Source: Hyphomicrobiales bacterium (GTDB taxonomy: Bacteria > Pseudomonadota > Alphaproteobacteria > Rhizobiales > Aestuariivirgaceae). Taken from it: a stretch of DNA of 46,395 nucleotides. A program made the position numbers and the translations under genes. The notes under the pieces are model-generated. The model was given only the letters and a program-made list of their open reading frames with translations, had not been told where the DNA came from and did not search any database. Within the stretch, counting starts at the first letter, position 1. Every line of letters starts with the position of its first letter. Shown here piece after piece: positions 37,958-46,395 of the stretch. The DNA is taken from assembly GCA_031431065.1 (NCBI GenBank), contig JANPCS010000269.1, forward strand, positions 1 through 46,395. Reading direction: 5' to 3'.

Positions 37958-39021
37958 ACCGTCACCAGAATTTTCATGTGGTTGACGGATTTGTCGAGCA
38001 GCGCATCGAAGCCATGGTTCACCACGTTGTCAGCCGAGATATTGGCGGTGACGATTTTCTCGATCGGTAGAAGGCCTGCTTCCACCATGCGGATGATGCG
38101 CGGCCAGCATTGCACCGGGTAGCACCAGGTGGCTTCCAGCGTGATGTCTTTCAAGGCCCACAGCATGGCATCGATACTGGCAGGCTTCATGTGTAAGCCG
38201 GTTTGCACCACCTTGCCCTGGCGGCGCACCGCCATCGCGCAGGTATTGAGGCTGGCCTCGAGGCCGACGCACTCAATCGCCACATCGACGCCAACACCTT
38301 CCTCGGTCAGGGCATGAATTGTCTCGGCCACGTTTTCGGTGGTGGGGTCAATGACGATGGCCTCGGGCACCAGTTCCTTCGCCATCTTGCGCCGGAAGGC
38401 ATTGGGCTCCGACACGAATATCTGCGCGGCCCCGGCGGCCTTCACGGCGAGCAGCGTGAGCGCGCCGATGGGGCCGACGCCCGACACCAGCACCGTCGAC
38501 CCGGATTGAACGCCACCGCGATCCGCCGCGTAAACGGCCACGGCGGCGGGCTCGATCATCGCGCCCTGCACATCGCTCACGCCCTTGGGCAGAACGGCGA
38601 CGTTGTAATCGTTCACGACGGCAAGCTCACCCATGCCGCCCCAGCCCCAGCTCAGGCCCACACATCCCATCTTCTCGCTGAGGTGATAGAGCCCGCGGCG
38701 GCCGTAGTAATCGTCGCGCGGCGAAATCAGGGGTTGAATGGAAACCCGGTCGCCGGCTTTCACATGCGAGACGGCAGTACCGGTGTCGGCCACCACCGCG
38801 CTGAACTCATGGCCCAGAATCTGCGGATTGGCGGCACCGGTGTAGACATGGGGGGTTCGCGGCGTGACGATGGGGCCGGCGATATACTCATGCAGATCGG
38901 TGCCGCAGATGCCGGTGACCAGAGGTTTGATCAGCACATCGTTGGAGCCGAGTTTCTTCGACGGGGCTGGCACGTCGTCAACGCGAATGTCCTTCGCGGC
39001 GTGAAATCTCACGGCCTTCAT
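37954..39021 (-). CDS. 2,3-butanediol dehydrogenase-like MDR enzyme
   Basis: MKAVRFHAAKDIRV, GICGTDLHEY, LGHEFS, GVGPIG. Confidence 0.88.
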   Translation of the reverse strand: MKAVRFHAAKDIRVDDVPAPSKKLGSNDVLIKPLVTGICGTDLHEYIAGPIVTPRTPHVYTGAANPQILGHEFSAVVADTGTAVSHVKAGDRVSIQPLISPRDDYYGRRGLYHLSEKMGCVGLSWGWGGMGELAVVNDYNVAVLPKGVSDVQGAMIEPAAVAVYAADRGGVQSGSTVLVSGVGPIGALTLLAVKAAGAAQIFVSEPNAFRRKMAKELVPEAIVIDPTTENVAETIHALTEEGVGVDVAIECVGLEASLNTCAMAVRRQGKVVQTGLHMKPASIDAMLWALKDITLEATWCYPVQCWPRIIRMVEAGLLPIEKIVTANISADNVVNHGFDALLDKSVNHMKILVTV

Positions 39022-39043
39022 CGTTCGGTCTCCTGCAAGGTCT

Positions 39044-39823
39044 TCATATCAGCACCATGCCGCCGTCAACCATCACGGTCTGACCGGTCATGTAGTCGGA
39101 CCCCGCCGAGGCAAGGAAGGTCGTAACGCCAGTAATATCCTCGGGTGTCGAATAACGGCCCATGAGAATGGACTGGCTGAATTCATTGATCGCCTGATCG
39201 GGCTTCTGGGTGACACCGAGATCGATGAATTCACGGTCGAGCTGTTCCCAGAGTTCGGTGCGCACTACGCCGGGCGCGAAGGCGTTGACGGTGATCTTGT
39301 CGGCGGCCAAGGCGCGCGCGGCAGCCAGCGTCAGCGCGGCGACGGCGAATTTCGAGGCGCAATAATGCGCGAACAGCGGATAGCCCTGCTTGGCGGCAAT
39401 CGATGCGGTGTTGATGATCTTGCCGCCCGACCCTTGAGCCTGCATCTGACGGGCGGCTTCCTGGGTGCCGATCAACACGCCCAAGCCATTCACATCCATG
39501 ATGCGGTGCCAGTCGGCCTCGGTCACATCCATGAACTGGCAGGCCTGGCTTATGCCGGCATTGTTGAACATCACATCCAGTCTGCCGAAGGCCTTGACTG
39601 TTGCGGCGATCATCGCCCTGGTGCTGTCGCGGCTGGCCACGTCGACTTTCCGCGCTATCGCCGAGGCGCCGATGGATGTTGCCACGGTCTGCGCCGCCGC
39701 CTCATTCAGGTCGGCAACGCAGACCCTGGCGCCATTGCGCGCCAGATCGCGGGCGATCCCGGCACCTATGCCGCGCCCGGCACCGGTGACAATGATCGAC
39801 TTGCCCTGTACGCTTCCCGACAC
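39044..39823 (-). CDS. SDR, acetoin/diacetyl reductase-like
   Basis: TGAGRGIG, NNAG, YCASKFAV, ITVNAFAPGVVRTELW, YMTGQ; GTG start after AAGGAGG. Confidence 0.88.
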   Translation of the reverse strand: MSGSVQGKSIIVTGAGRGIGAGIARDLARNGARVCVADLNEAAAQTVATSIGASAIARKVDVASRDSTRAMIAATVKAFGRLDVMFNNAGISQACQFMDVTEADWHRIMDVNGLGVLIGTQEAARQMQAQGSGGKIINTASIAAKQGYPLFAHYCASKFAVAALTLAAARALAADKITVNAFAPGVVRTELWEQLDREFIDLGVTQKPDQAINEFSQSILMGRYSTPEDITGVTTFLASAGSDYMTGQTVMVDGGMVLI

Positions 39824-39916
39824 ATCAGCCTCCTTTGCGGCACAGCGCGCACATCGGGGGCATCGGCCCCCAGGAACTGCCGGCATCCTAACCAAACCGC
39901 TCTGCTTGAATTGCCC

Positions 39917-39941
39917 AAAAATTCTCAATGTGAGAATTTTT
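39917..39941. promoter_or_regulatory. Perfect palindromic operator candidate in the divergent intergenic region
   Basis: AAAAATTCTCA-ATG-TGAGAATTTTT (11-bp arms), AT-rich in a GC-rich background. Confidence 0.7.
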
Positions 39942-40031
39942 TAGACTATTGATGCGCGCGTTTTTGGCACAGTTATCCCCAGGCCCAACTCGGTGGCCAC
40001 GGGAGATCAAACATAGCAACTCGACAATGGC

Positions 40032-41213
40032 ATGGGCCAACTCACCTATTCGACGCTCGTACATGCCGGCGATACGTGGGATGATATCTGGGCCAGCGCG
40101 CGCAAGTTCCTGCCGCAAGTGAAGAAGAACGTCAGCCCGAACGATGACTTCGGCGTGTCGCTGCGCATCTCGCATGCGACCTCGGAAGTGCTTGTGGCCT
40201 CACCGGAAAAGCGCGCCGAACTGCGTAAGTTCCTCGATGACAGCGGCATGTATCTCTATACCGTGAACGCCTTTCCCTACGGACCGTTCAAGAACCAGAT
40301 CGTCAAGGAACAGGTCTACGAGCCCGATTGGGCCTCCGAGCGGCGCCTGCAATACACCATGAATGTCGCGACGATCCTGGCCGATATCGCTCCGGCCCAC
40401 GTCAACCCATCCATTCAAACGCCGCCCTTGGGGTTCAAGCCCAACGTCACCAGCGAAGCGGTTGTCGAGGCCTATGCCGAGAATGTGCGCAAGCTCGCAA
40501 CGCATGTAAACAATATCTACCGCTACAAGGACCGCACCGTCACCCTGGCGATCGAACCGGAGCCCGCCTGCTTTCTCGAAACAACGCCGGAGACCGTGGA
40601 TTTTTTCAACAAATATCTGCGCACTGAAAAATCATATGTCAATCTTGCCGGAAAGACCGGTGCAACACTTGAGAACGCTGAAGCCATCATGGCCCGCCAT
40701 GTCGGCATCGTTTACGACATCTGCCATCAGGCGGTGGAATACGAAGATATCACCCAGTCGCTGCAGACTTTGATGGACGAGAAGATCGGCGTCCTGAAGC
40801 TGCAGGAAGCCGCCGCCATGATGATTCCGCACGTGACGCGCGAACGCGTCGAGGCGGTGCGCAAATACGCCAAGACAATCTATCTCACGCAGACCCATCA
40901 ACGCACGCCGGACGGCAAGATCACCCGCTATCTCAATCTTGAGGACGCCATTGCCGCTTGGGAAAAGAAGCCGGTCGAATGCGAATGGCGCATTCATTTT
41001 CACGTGCCGGTGTTTCTCGAGGACCTGGGACCCTTCAAGTCCACACGCTATGCGATTGCCGAAGCCATGGCCTTTCAGAAGAAGCACAGGCTCTCGGATC
41101 AACTCGAAATCGAGACCTATACCTGGGACGTTCTGCCCGACGAACTCAAGACTGGCGACATTGTCGAGTATGTCACCAAGGAAATCGACTGGGTGAAATC
41201 GCAACTGGTGTGA
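40032..41213 (+). CDS. eboE: EboE-like TIM-barrel (xylose-isomerase-like) protein
   Basis: LTYSTLVH, TVNAFPYG, VKEQVYEPDW, LAIEPEP, DICHQAVEYE, EWRIHFHVP, LEIETYTWDVLP. Confidence 0.85.
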   Translation: MGQLTYSTLVHAGDTWDDIWASARKFLPQVKKNVSPNDDFGVSLRISHATSEVLVASPEKRAELRKFLDDSGMYLYTVNAFPYGPFKNQIVKEQVYEPDWASERRLQYTMNVATILADIAPAHVNPSIQTPPLGFKPNVTSEAVVEAYAENVRKLATHVNNIYRYKDRTVTLAIEPEPACFLETTPETVDFFNKYLRTEKSYVNLAGKTGATLENAEAIMARHVGIVYDICHQAVEYEDITQSLQTLMDEKIGVLKLQEAAAMMIPHVTRERVEAVRKYAKTIYLTQTHQRTPDGKITRYLNLEDAIAAWEKKPVECEWRIHFHVPVFLEDLGPFKSTRYAIAEAMAFQKKHRLSDQLEIETYTWDVLPDELKTGDIVEYVTKEIDWVKSQLV

Positions 41214-41219
41214 TGTTTG

Positions 41220-42233
41220 ATGGCGACGAAAGAACAAGTTACCAAGAACGACGACATCGGCCAGGACACGCGGCTTGAACTCTATCGCCTGCAGGTCGAA
41301 ATCCGCGATTGCGAGAAGCGCGCCCATGATTTGTTTCTGCAAAACCTGATCAAGGGCACCAGTCACTTGTCGCTGGGCCAGGAGGCGATCGCAGCGGGCT
41401 TTGGCGTCGCCATGCAGAAAGGCGACAAGAGCTTCTGCACCTATCGCGGCCATGCCCATACGCTGGCGCGCGGAGCACCCATGGAAGGCATGCTCGGCGA
41501 ACTGATGCTGCGCGATTGCGGTTTGATGCGCGGCAAGGGCGGTTCAATGCATCTGACATCGGTCGAGCATGGCGTGATGGGTTCTTATGCCATCATCGGC
41601 GCGCATCTGCCGATTGCCTGCGGCTCGGCTTGGCGCGCGCAATATCTCGGCGACAAGGATGTGACCGTCTGCTTCTTCGGCGATGGCACGACCAACATCG
41701 GCGCTTTTCACGAGGCGCTGAATTTCGCGGCGATCTGGAAACTGCCCGTGGTGTTTGTCTGCGAGAACAACCTTTACATGGAGTACACGCCGATCCACGA
41801 GGTGACGGCGGTGCATAATCCTGCTGGTGATCGTGCATCAGCTTATGGCCTCGAGAAGATCGTCATCGACGGAAATGATGCCGATATCGTCTGGCGGACG
41901 GCAACAGCCGCCATCGAGAAGGCCCGCAATGGCGGTGGTCCTTCCCTCATCGAATGTCTCACCTACCGCCATTCCGGCCATTCGCGCGCCGACCCCGGCA
42001 AATACCGCCCGCCGGGCGAACTCGAGAAATGGAAAGAGCGCGATCCGCTGATCATCTACAAGCAGCGGCTGGCGGAGTTTGGCATCTCCGACAAAGACGT
42101 GCTGGCCATTGAAGCGCAGAGCATGCGCAAGGTCGAGGAAGCAACCACCGCTTGCAAGGCCTCGCCGCCCTGTCCCGTCGAATTGCTCACCGCCGATGTC
42201 TATGCCGATGGAGGCTGGGCATGGCGGAACTGA
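41220..42233 (+). CDS. TPP-dependent dehydrogenase E1 alpha (AcoA/PdhA-like)
   Basis: TYRGH, GKGGSMH, FGDGTTN...CENN, YRHSGHS. Confidence 0.92.
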   Translation: MATKEQVTKNDDIGQDTRLELYRLQVEIRDCEKRAHDLFLQNLIKGTSHLSLGQEAIAAGFGVAMQKGDKSFCTYRGHAHTLARGAPMEGMLGELMLRDCGLMRGKGGSMHLTSVEHGVMGSYAIIGAHLPIACGSAWRAQYLGDKDVTVCFFGDGTTNIGAFHEALNFAAIWKLPVVFVCENNLYMEYTPIHEVTAVHNPAGDRASAYGLEKIVIDGNDADIVWRTATAAIEKARNGGGPSLIECLTYRHSGHSRADPGKYRPPGELEKWKERDPLIIYKQRLAEFGISDKDVLAIEAQSMRKVEEATTACKASPPCPVELLTADVYADGGWAWRN

Positions 42234-43201
42234 GCTATCGCGATGCGGTGATCCGCGGCATTGCCCAGGAAATGCAACGCGATAAGAATGTCGTGTTCCT
42301 GGGCGAAGACGTGGCCAAGGCCGGCGGCGTGTTCAAGGCCACCGTGGGCTTGTACGAACAATTCGGACCTTTAAGGGTGCGCGACACGCCGATTTCCGAG
42401 CAGGCCATTCTGGGCGCCGCCATGGGCGCGGCAATGACCGGGCTTCGTCCCATCGCCGAGATCATGTTCTCGGATTTCATCGCGGTGTGTTTCGACTACA
42501 TCGCCAACGAAATACCGAAGCTCTCCTACATGACCAATGGCCAGCTCACCTGCCCGCTGGTGATCCGTACCGGCAATGGTGGCGGCGTGCGCTTTGGCGC
42601 CCAGCATTCGCAGTCGGTCGAAAACTGGACGATGATGATCCCCGGCCTCAAGGTGGTCGCTCCCTCTTCGCCCGTCGATGTGATCGGCCTGATGGCGGCG
42701 GCGGTGCGCGACAATAACCCGGTGATCTTCCACGAGCACAAGGCGCTCTATGCGACCAAGGGCGAGGTGCCGGATGGCGAAATCATCGACACGCTGGGAA
42801 CGGCAAAGATTTTGCGACCGGGCAAGGACTGCACGATTCTGGCGCTCGCCCTGATGGTGCACCGGGCGCTCGAAGCGGCAGAAATCCTGGCGCGCGATCA
42901 TGGAATCGATGCCGAGGTGATCGACGTGCGCTCGCTGGTGCCGCTCGATACCCAGACCATGTTGGCATCGGTTGCCAAGACCGGGCGGCTGTTCACCGTC
43001 GAGGAAAATCCGCGGCTGTTGGGCTGGGGGGCGGAGATCGCCTCGATCGTGGCCGACGAAGCCTTCTGGGATCTCGATGGCCCGATCGTCCGCATCACCA
43101 CGCCGCATATTCCACTGCCGGCCGCCGATCACCTCGAAGACCTGGCGCTGCCATCCGCGGCGCGCATCGTCGAAAAAATCTCGCGCGTGATGAACGCTTA
43201 G
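42221..43201 (+). CDS. TPP-dependent dehydrogenase E1 beta
   Basis: LGEDV, DTPISEQ, AEIMFSDF, GAQHSQ, IDVRSLVPLD. Confidence 0.92.
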   Translation: MAELSYRDAVIRGIAQEMQRDKNVVFLGEDVAKAGGVFKATVGLYEQFGPLRVRDTPISEQAILGAAMGAAMTGLRPIAEIMFSDFIAVCFDYIANEIPKLSYMTNGQLTCPLVIRTGNGGGVRFGAQHSQSVENWTMMIPGLKVVAPSSPVDVIGLMAAAVRDNNPVIFHEHKALYATKGEVPDGEIIDTLGTAKILRPGKDCTILALALMVHRALEAAEILARDHGIDAEVIDVRSLVPLDTQTMLASVAKTGRLFTVEENPRLLGWGAEIASIVADEAFWDLDGPIVRITTPHIPLPAADHLEDLALPSAARIVEKISRVMNA

Positions 43202-43204
43202 ACC

Positions 43205-44434
43205 ATGGCCAACACGATCATCATGCCGCAATTGGGCGAGACCGTTGCCGAGGGCAAGATCCTCACCTGGTTCAAAGCCGTTGGCGACGACGTCAAGATC
43301 GGCGACCGGCTGTTCGAAGTCGAAACCGACAAGGTGACAGTCGAGGTTGAGGCCACTGTTGCGGGCAAGTTGACGGAGATCAGGACGGGCAATGGCGCTA
43401 TTGCCAAAGTTGGCGCCACCGTCGCCATGGTCGGCGGCGAAGCTGCTGCTCCGGTCATTGTCGAAACACTGAAGCCACCCGCCATGGCGGCGTTTGAAGA
43501 AGTCAAAACCCCGCTTGCGAACTATGGCAAGGCCAAAGGACCCGATGGCCTGCGTATCACACCGCTGGCCCGCCGCCTGCTATCGCAAGGCCATGCCGAC
43601 ATGGGCGGGCTGGTAAAGTTCGCCGCATCGAAGAACCTGCAGAGAATTGCCGAGAAGGATGCGCGCGCCTTTCTGTCCTCCACTCCGGCAGAAAGACCAC
43701 ACTCGCCAGCACCGGCAGGCGAAGTGGTTCCGCTCAACACGATCCGCGCCAGGACAGCGCAGCGGCTGACCGAAAACTGGCGCAACATTCCGCATGTGTT
43801 TCAGGCCATCGACATCGACTTCACCGGGATTGAGGTGGTCCGCGCCCGGCACAAGGAGCGCTTCAAGGCGGAGACCGGAAGTTCTCTCACCTACCTCCCC
43901 TTCATCGCGCGCGCCGCATGCATTGCGCTGCAGGCCTTCCCGCACATCAACGCGCGCTTTGATGGAACCTCACTCACGCTCTCGAAGGACATCAACCTCG
44001 GCATTGCCGTTGACCTCAATCATCAAGGGCTGGTGGTGCCCGTCGTTCATGCCGTGCAGGACTACACGTTGCAGGGCCTCGCCAAGACCATCAACCGGCA
44101 GATCGTCAAGGCCCGCGGCGGTAAACTCACGGCCGCCGATCTGTCGGGCGGCACCTATTCCATCACCAACAACGGCGCCTTCGGAACCAGCTTCACGGCA
44201 CCGATCATCAACGCCCCGCAGGTCGCCATCCTGTCGACCGATGCCATCCGGAAGAGGCCCTGGGTGATTTCCACCGAGCTTGGCGACGCCATCGTGCCGC
44301 GTCTCATCGGCACTGCCGGGCAGAGTTTCGACCACCGGGCTTTCGACGGCGCCTATGCGGCGGCGTTCCTGTCGAAACTCAAGGACATACTCGAAACCAA
44401 GAAATGGGCCAGAGAGCTGGGAGAGCAAACATGA
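43205..44434 (+). CDS. Dihydrolipoamide acyltransferase E2
   Basis: MPQLGETV...ETDKV lipoyl domain, ITPLARR, GGTYSITN, FDHRAFDG. Confidence 0.92.
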   Translation: MANTIIMPQLGETVAEGKILTWFKAVGDDVKIGDRLFEVETDKVTVEVEATVAGKLTEIRTGNGAIAKVGATVAMVGGEAAAPVIVETLKPPAMAAFEEVKTPLANYGKAKGPDGLRITPLARRLLSQGHADMGGLVKFAASKNLQRIAEKDARAFLSSTPAERPHSPAPAGEVVPLNTIRARTAQRLTENWRNIPHVFQAIDIDFTGIEVVRARHKERFKAETGSSLTYLPFIARAACIALQAFPHINARFDGTSLTLSKDINLGIAVDLNHQGLVVPVVHAVQDYTLQGLAKTINRQIVKARGGKLTAADLSGGTYSITNNGAFGTSFTAPIINAPQVAILSTDAIRKRPWVISTELGDAIVPRLIGTAGQSFDHRAFDGAYAAAFLSKLKDILETKKWARELGEQT

Positions 44435-45684
44435 AATACAACAGCCCGCATGCAACGGCGGCCTTCGGCACGCAAGCCAAGGATTGGGAACAGGGCATCG
44501 ACTACCACCGCCTGTCCACCGAACGCCTGGCGCGCGCCCAGAAAGCCATCAGCTACGCCGGGCTCGGCGGCGTGCTGTGTTTCAACTTCGACAATATCCG
44601 TTATGTCACCTCAACCCATATCGGCGAGTGGGCGCGTGATAAGTTCTTCCGCTATGCGCTGTGCCCGGCGGAAGGAAAGCCATTCCTGTGGGACCCGGCA
44701 CCGCCGGCCAAACGCATTTCCTCGCCTTGGATCAAGGACAATGTCGCAGCCCCCATTACCACCATGCAGGGCGCCATTCCACCGGGCCTCAACGTGCAGC
44801 ATGACTTTGCCAAGCAGATCAAGAAGGCGCTGGTGCATTACGGCATCGACAAGCGGCCGCTTGGCATCGACCTGATGGAGCTTGGCATGCTGCGGGCGCT
44901 GGAGGCCGAAGGTATCATGGTCGTCGACGGCCAGCAGGCCCTTCTCGATGCCCGCGAAATCAAGACCGGCGACGAGATCGAGTTGCTCAAAATGGCGGCG
45001 GCGATGGTCGATGCCACCTATGTCGATATCGCCCGCGCCATCCGCCCGGGCACGAAAGAGAACGAGCTGGTTGCCATTGCCAATGACCGGTTGTTCCGCA
45101 TGGGCTCGGAGCGGGTCGAGTGCGTGAACTCGGTGTCGGGCCGCCGCGGACGCCCCCATTCGCACACGTTCTCGGATCGCATGATCCAGCCCGGCGACAT
45201 GATCTTCCTCGACATCATGCACAGTTTCAACGGTTACCGTACCTGCTACTACCGCACCTTCATCTGCGGCGAACCCAACAAGCATCAAGTCGATGCCTAT
45301 GAGACCGCGTCGAAATGGATCAGCGCGTCGATCGACATGATCAGGCCGGGTGTCACGCCCGATGAAGTGGCCGCTGTGTGGCCCGATGCTCATGAGTTCG
45401 GCTATCGCGACGAGGAAGAGGCTTTCCTATTGCAATATGGCCACGGCGTGGGCTTGAGCTTGTGGGAACGGCCGATTTTCTCCAAACGCTTCCGTGGCCA
45501 GAACGAACCCTTGAAGGAAGGCATGGTTTTCGCGCTCGAAACCTGGAAAGGAGCCGAGGATGGCTCAGGGGCGGCGCGTATTGAAGAAGAGGTTGTGGTC
45601 ACCAAGGACGGCTGCGAGATCATCACCAACTTCCCGTCCGACCGGCTGATTTCCTGCGGCCTGCCGGGCTGCGAAGTGTTCTGA
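44431..45684 (+). CDS. M24 (Xaa-Pro peptidase/creatinase-fold) protein with atypical metal site
   Basis: NIRYVT, AREIKTGDEI, FLDI...GYRTCYYRT, GHGVG, ALET, RIEE. Confidence 0.87.
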   Translation: MKYNSPHATAAFGTQAKDWEQGIDYHRLSTERLARAQKAISYAGLGGVLCFNFDNIRYVTSTHIGEWARDKFFRYALCPAEGKPFLWDPAPPAKRISSPWIKDNVAAPITTMQGAIPPGLNVQHDFAKQIKKALVHYGIDKRPLGIDLMELGMLRALEAEGIMVVDGQQALLDAREIKTGDEIELLKMAAAMVDATYVDIARAIRPGTKENELVAIANDRLFRMGSERVECVNSVSGRRGRPHSHTFSDRMIQPGDMIFLDIMHSFNGYRTCYYRTFICGEPNKHQVDAYETASKWISASIDMIRPGVTPDEVAAVWPDAHEFGYRDEEEAFLLQYGHGVGLSLWERPIFSKRFRGQNEPLKEGMVFALETWKGAEDGSGAARIEEEVVVTKDGCEIITNFPSDRLISCGLPGCEVF

Positions 45685-45696
45685 TAGTCGAGCACA

Positions 45697-46296
45697 ATGA
45701 ATGCGACAGCAAAGGGCCGGCTGCCGGTGACACTGGTCACCGGATTTCTCGGCAGCGGCAAGACGACGTTGATCAACGCGGCATTGAAGTCGCCCGATCT
45801 GGCGCGCACCGTCGTCGTGGTGAACGAGTTCGGCGAAGTGGGGCTCGACCACATGCTCTATGCCAGCAGCAACGATGCCGTCATCGTTCTCGAAAACGGC
45901 TGCCTGTGCTGCACGGTTCGAAGCGACCTCATCAGTACACTGAACAACCTCTACCATGACAGCCTGGCCGGACGCATCCCGAAGTTCGACAATGTGGTGA
46001 TCGAAACTTCGGGCCTCGCCGAACCAGGTCCCGTTTTGCAGGCCTTCCTGTCGGAGCCGACGCTCGATGGGTTGTTCCGCGTCGGCCGCGTCTTGACCCT
46101 GGTGGATGGCGTCAACTGGCCCGATACATCGCTCAAGCATGACGAGGCGGTGCGCCAGGTGGCGCTTGCCGACGACATCGTCATCACCAAGGGCGACTTG
46201 ATTCCAGATAACCGCGAGGCAGCGCTTGCGGCATTGAACGGTGAACTTCGCGGCATGAATCCGGCAGCTTCCATCAGCGAGGCCGATTGGTCATCC
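45697..46296 (+). CDS. Second COG0523/CobW-family GTPase (truncated by terminal fold-back; not in ORF track)
   Basis: Own translation: LVTGFLGSGKTT, VNEFGEVGLD, ENGCLCC, IETSGLAEP, QVALAD...TKGD. Confidence 0.9.
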
Positions 46297-46395
46297 GGAA
46301 TCAAGTCGCCCTTGGTGATGACGATGTCGTCGGCAAGCGCCACCTGGCGCACCGCCTCGTCATGCTTGAGCGATGTATCGGGCCAGTTGACGCCA
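46107..46395. repeat. 99-bp perfect inverted duplication at window end (fold-back)
   Basis: 46297-46395 is the exact reverse complement of 46107-46205; 91-bp spacer. Confidence 0.92.

Noticed and set aside
39964-39980. TGGCAC as a sigma54 -24 element upstream of eboE
   Set aside because: The -12 position reads TCCC rather than TTGC
41220-44434. Housekeeping pyruvate dehydrogenase or canonical aco operon
   Set aside because: No E3, acoX or acoR here; accessory context; substrate cannot be assigned from motifs
45951-46352. 133-aa minus-strand ORF starting MRQVALADDIVITKGD
   Set aside because: Created by the fold-back copy of the GTPase
46107-46395. Inverted repeat as IS/MITE ends or a hairpin telomere
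   Set aside because: Arms are ordinary GTPase coding sequence; no transposase or target duplication

Overview
GC-rich, alphaproteobacterial-looking (inferred) accessory region made almost entirely of small-molecule uptake and catabolism genes. No rRNA, tRNA, CRISPR or transposase was recognised. It has five blocks. (1) 1-2462: an SDR plus sugar ABC operon running off the left edge. (2) 2688-13700: a 10-gene, tightly coupled operon headed by a family-1 uracil-DNA-glycosylase-like gene. It also encodes a GMC oxidoreductase, NIPSNAP, a BMP-type nucleoside ABC importer, a VOC protein, a nucleoside hydrolase lacking two Ca2+-ligand Asp residues and a deaminase-type amidohydrolase. It is divergent from a RutR-like TetR, with two RutR-like boxes between them. 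This is the best candidate for an undescribed modified-nucleoside/base catabolic system. (3) 13720-23336: GntR, a sugar ABC transporter flanked by two paralogous glycerol-1-P-dehydrogenase/DHQS-fold enzymes, and a second GMC oxidoreductase. (4) 23443-27804: a run of gene fragments around an intact CxxC small protein plus COG0523 GTPase. (5) 27881-46395: a wHTH-solute-binding fusion regulator, a sugar ABC importer, five redox enzymes and, divergently, EboE, TPP E1alpha/E1beta/E2, an atypical M24-fold enzyme and a second COG0523 GTPase. The last 99 bp are a fold-back inverted duplication, most likely an amplification or assembly artefact. All calls are from motif recognition by eye; no searches were run.
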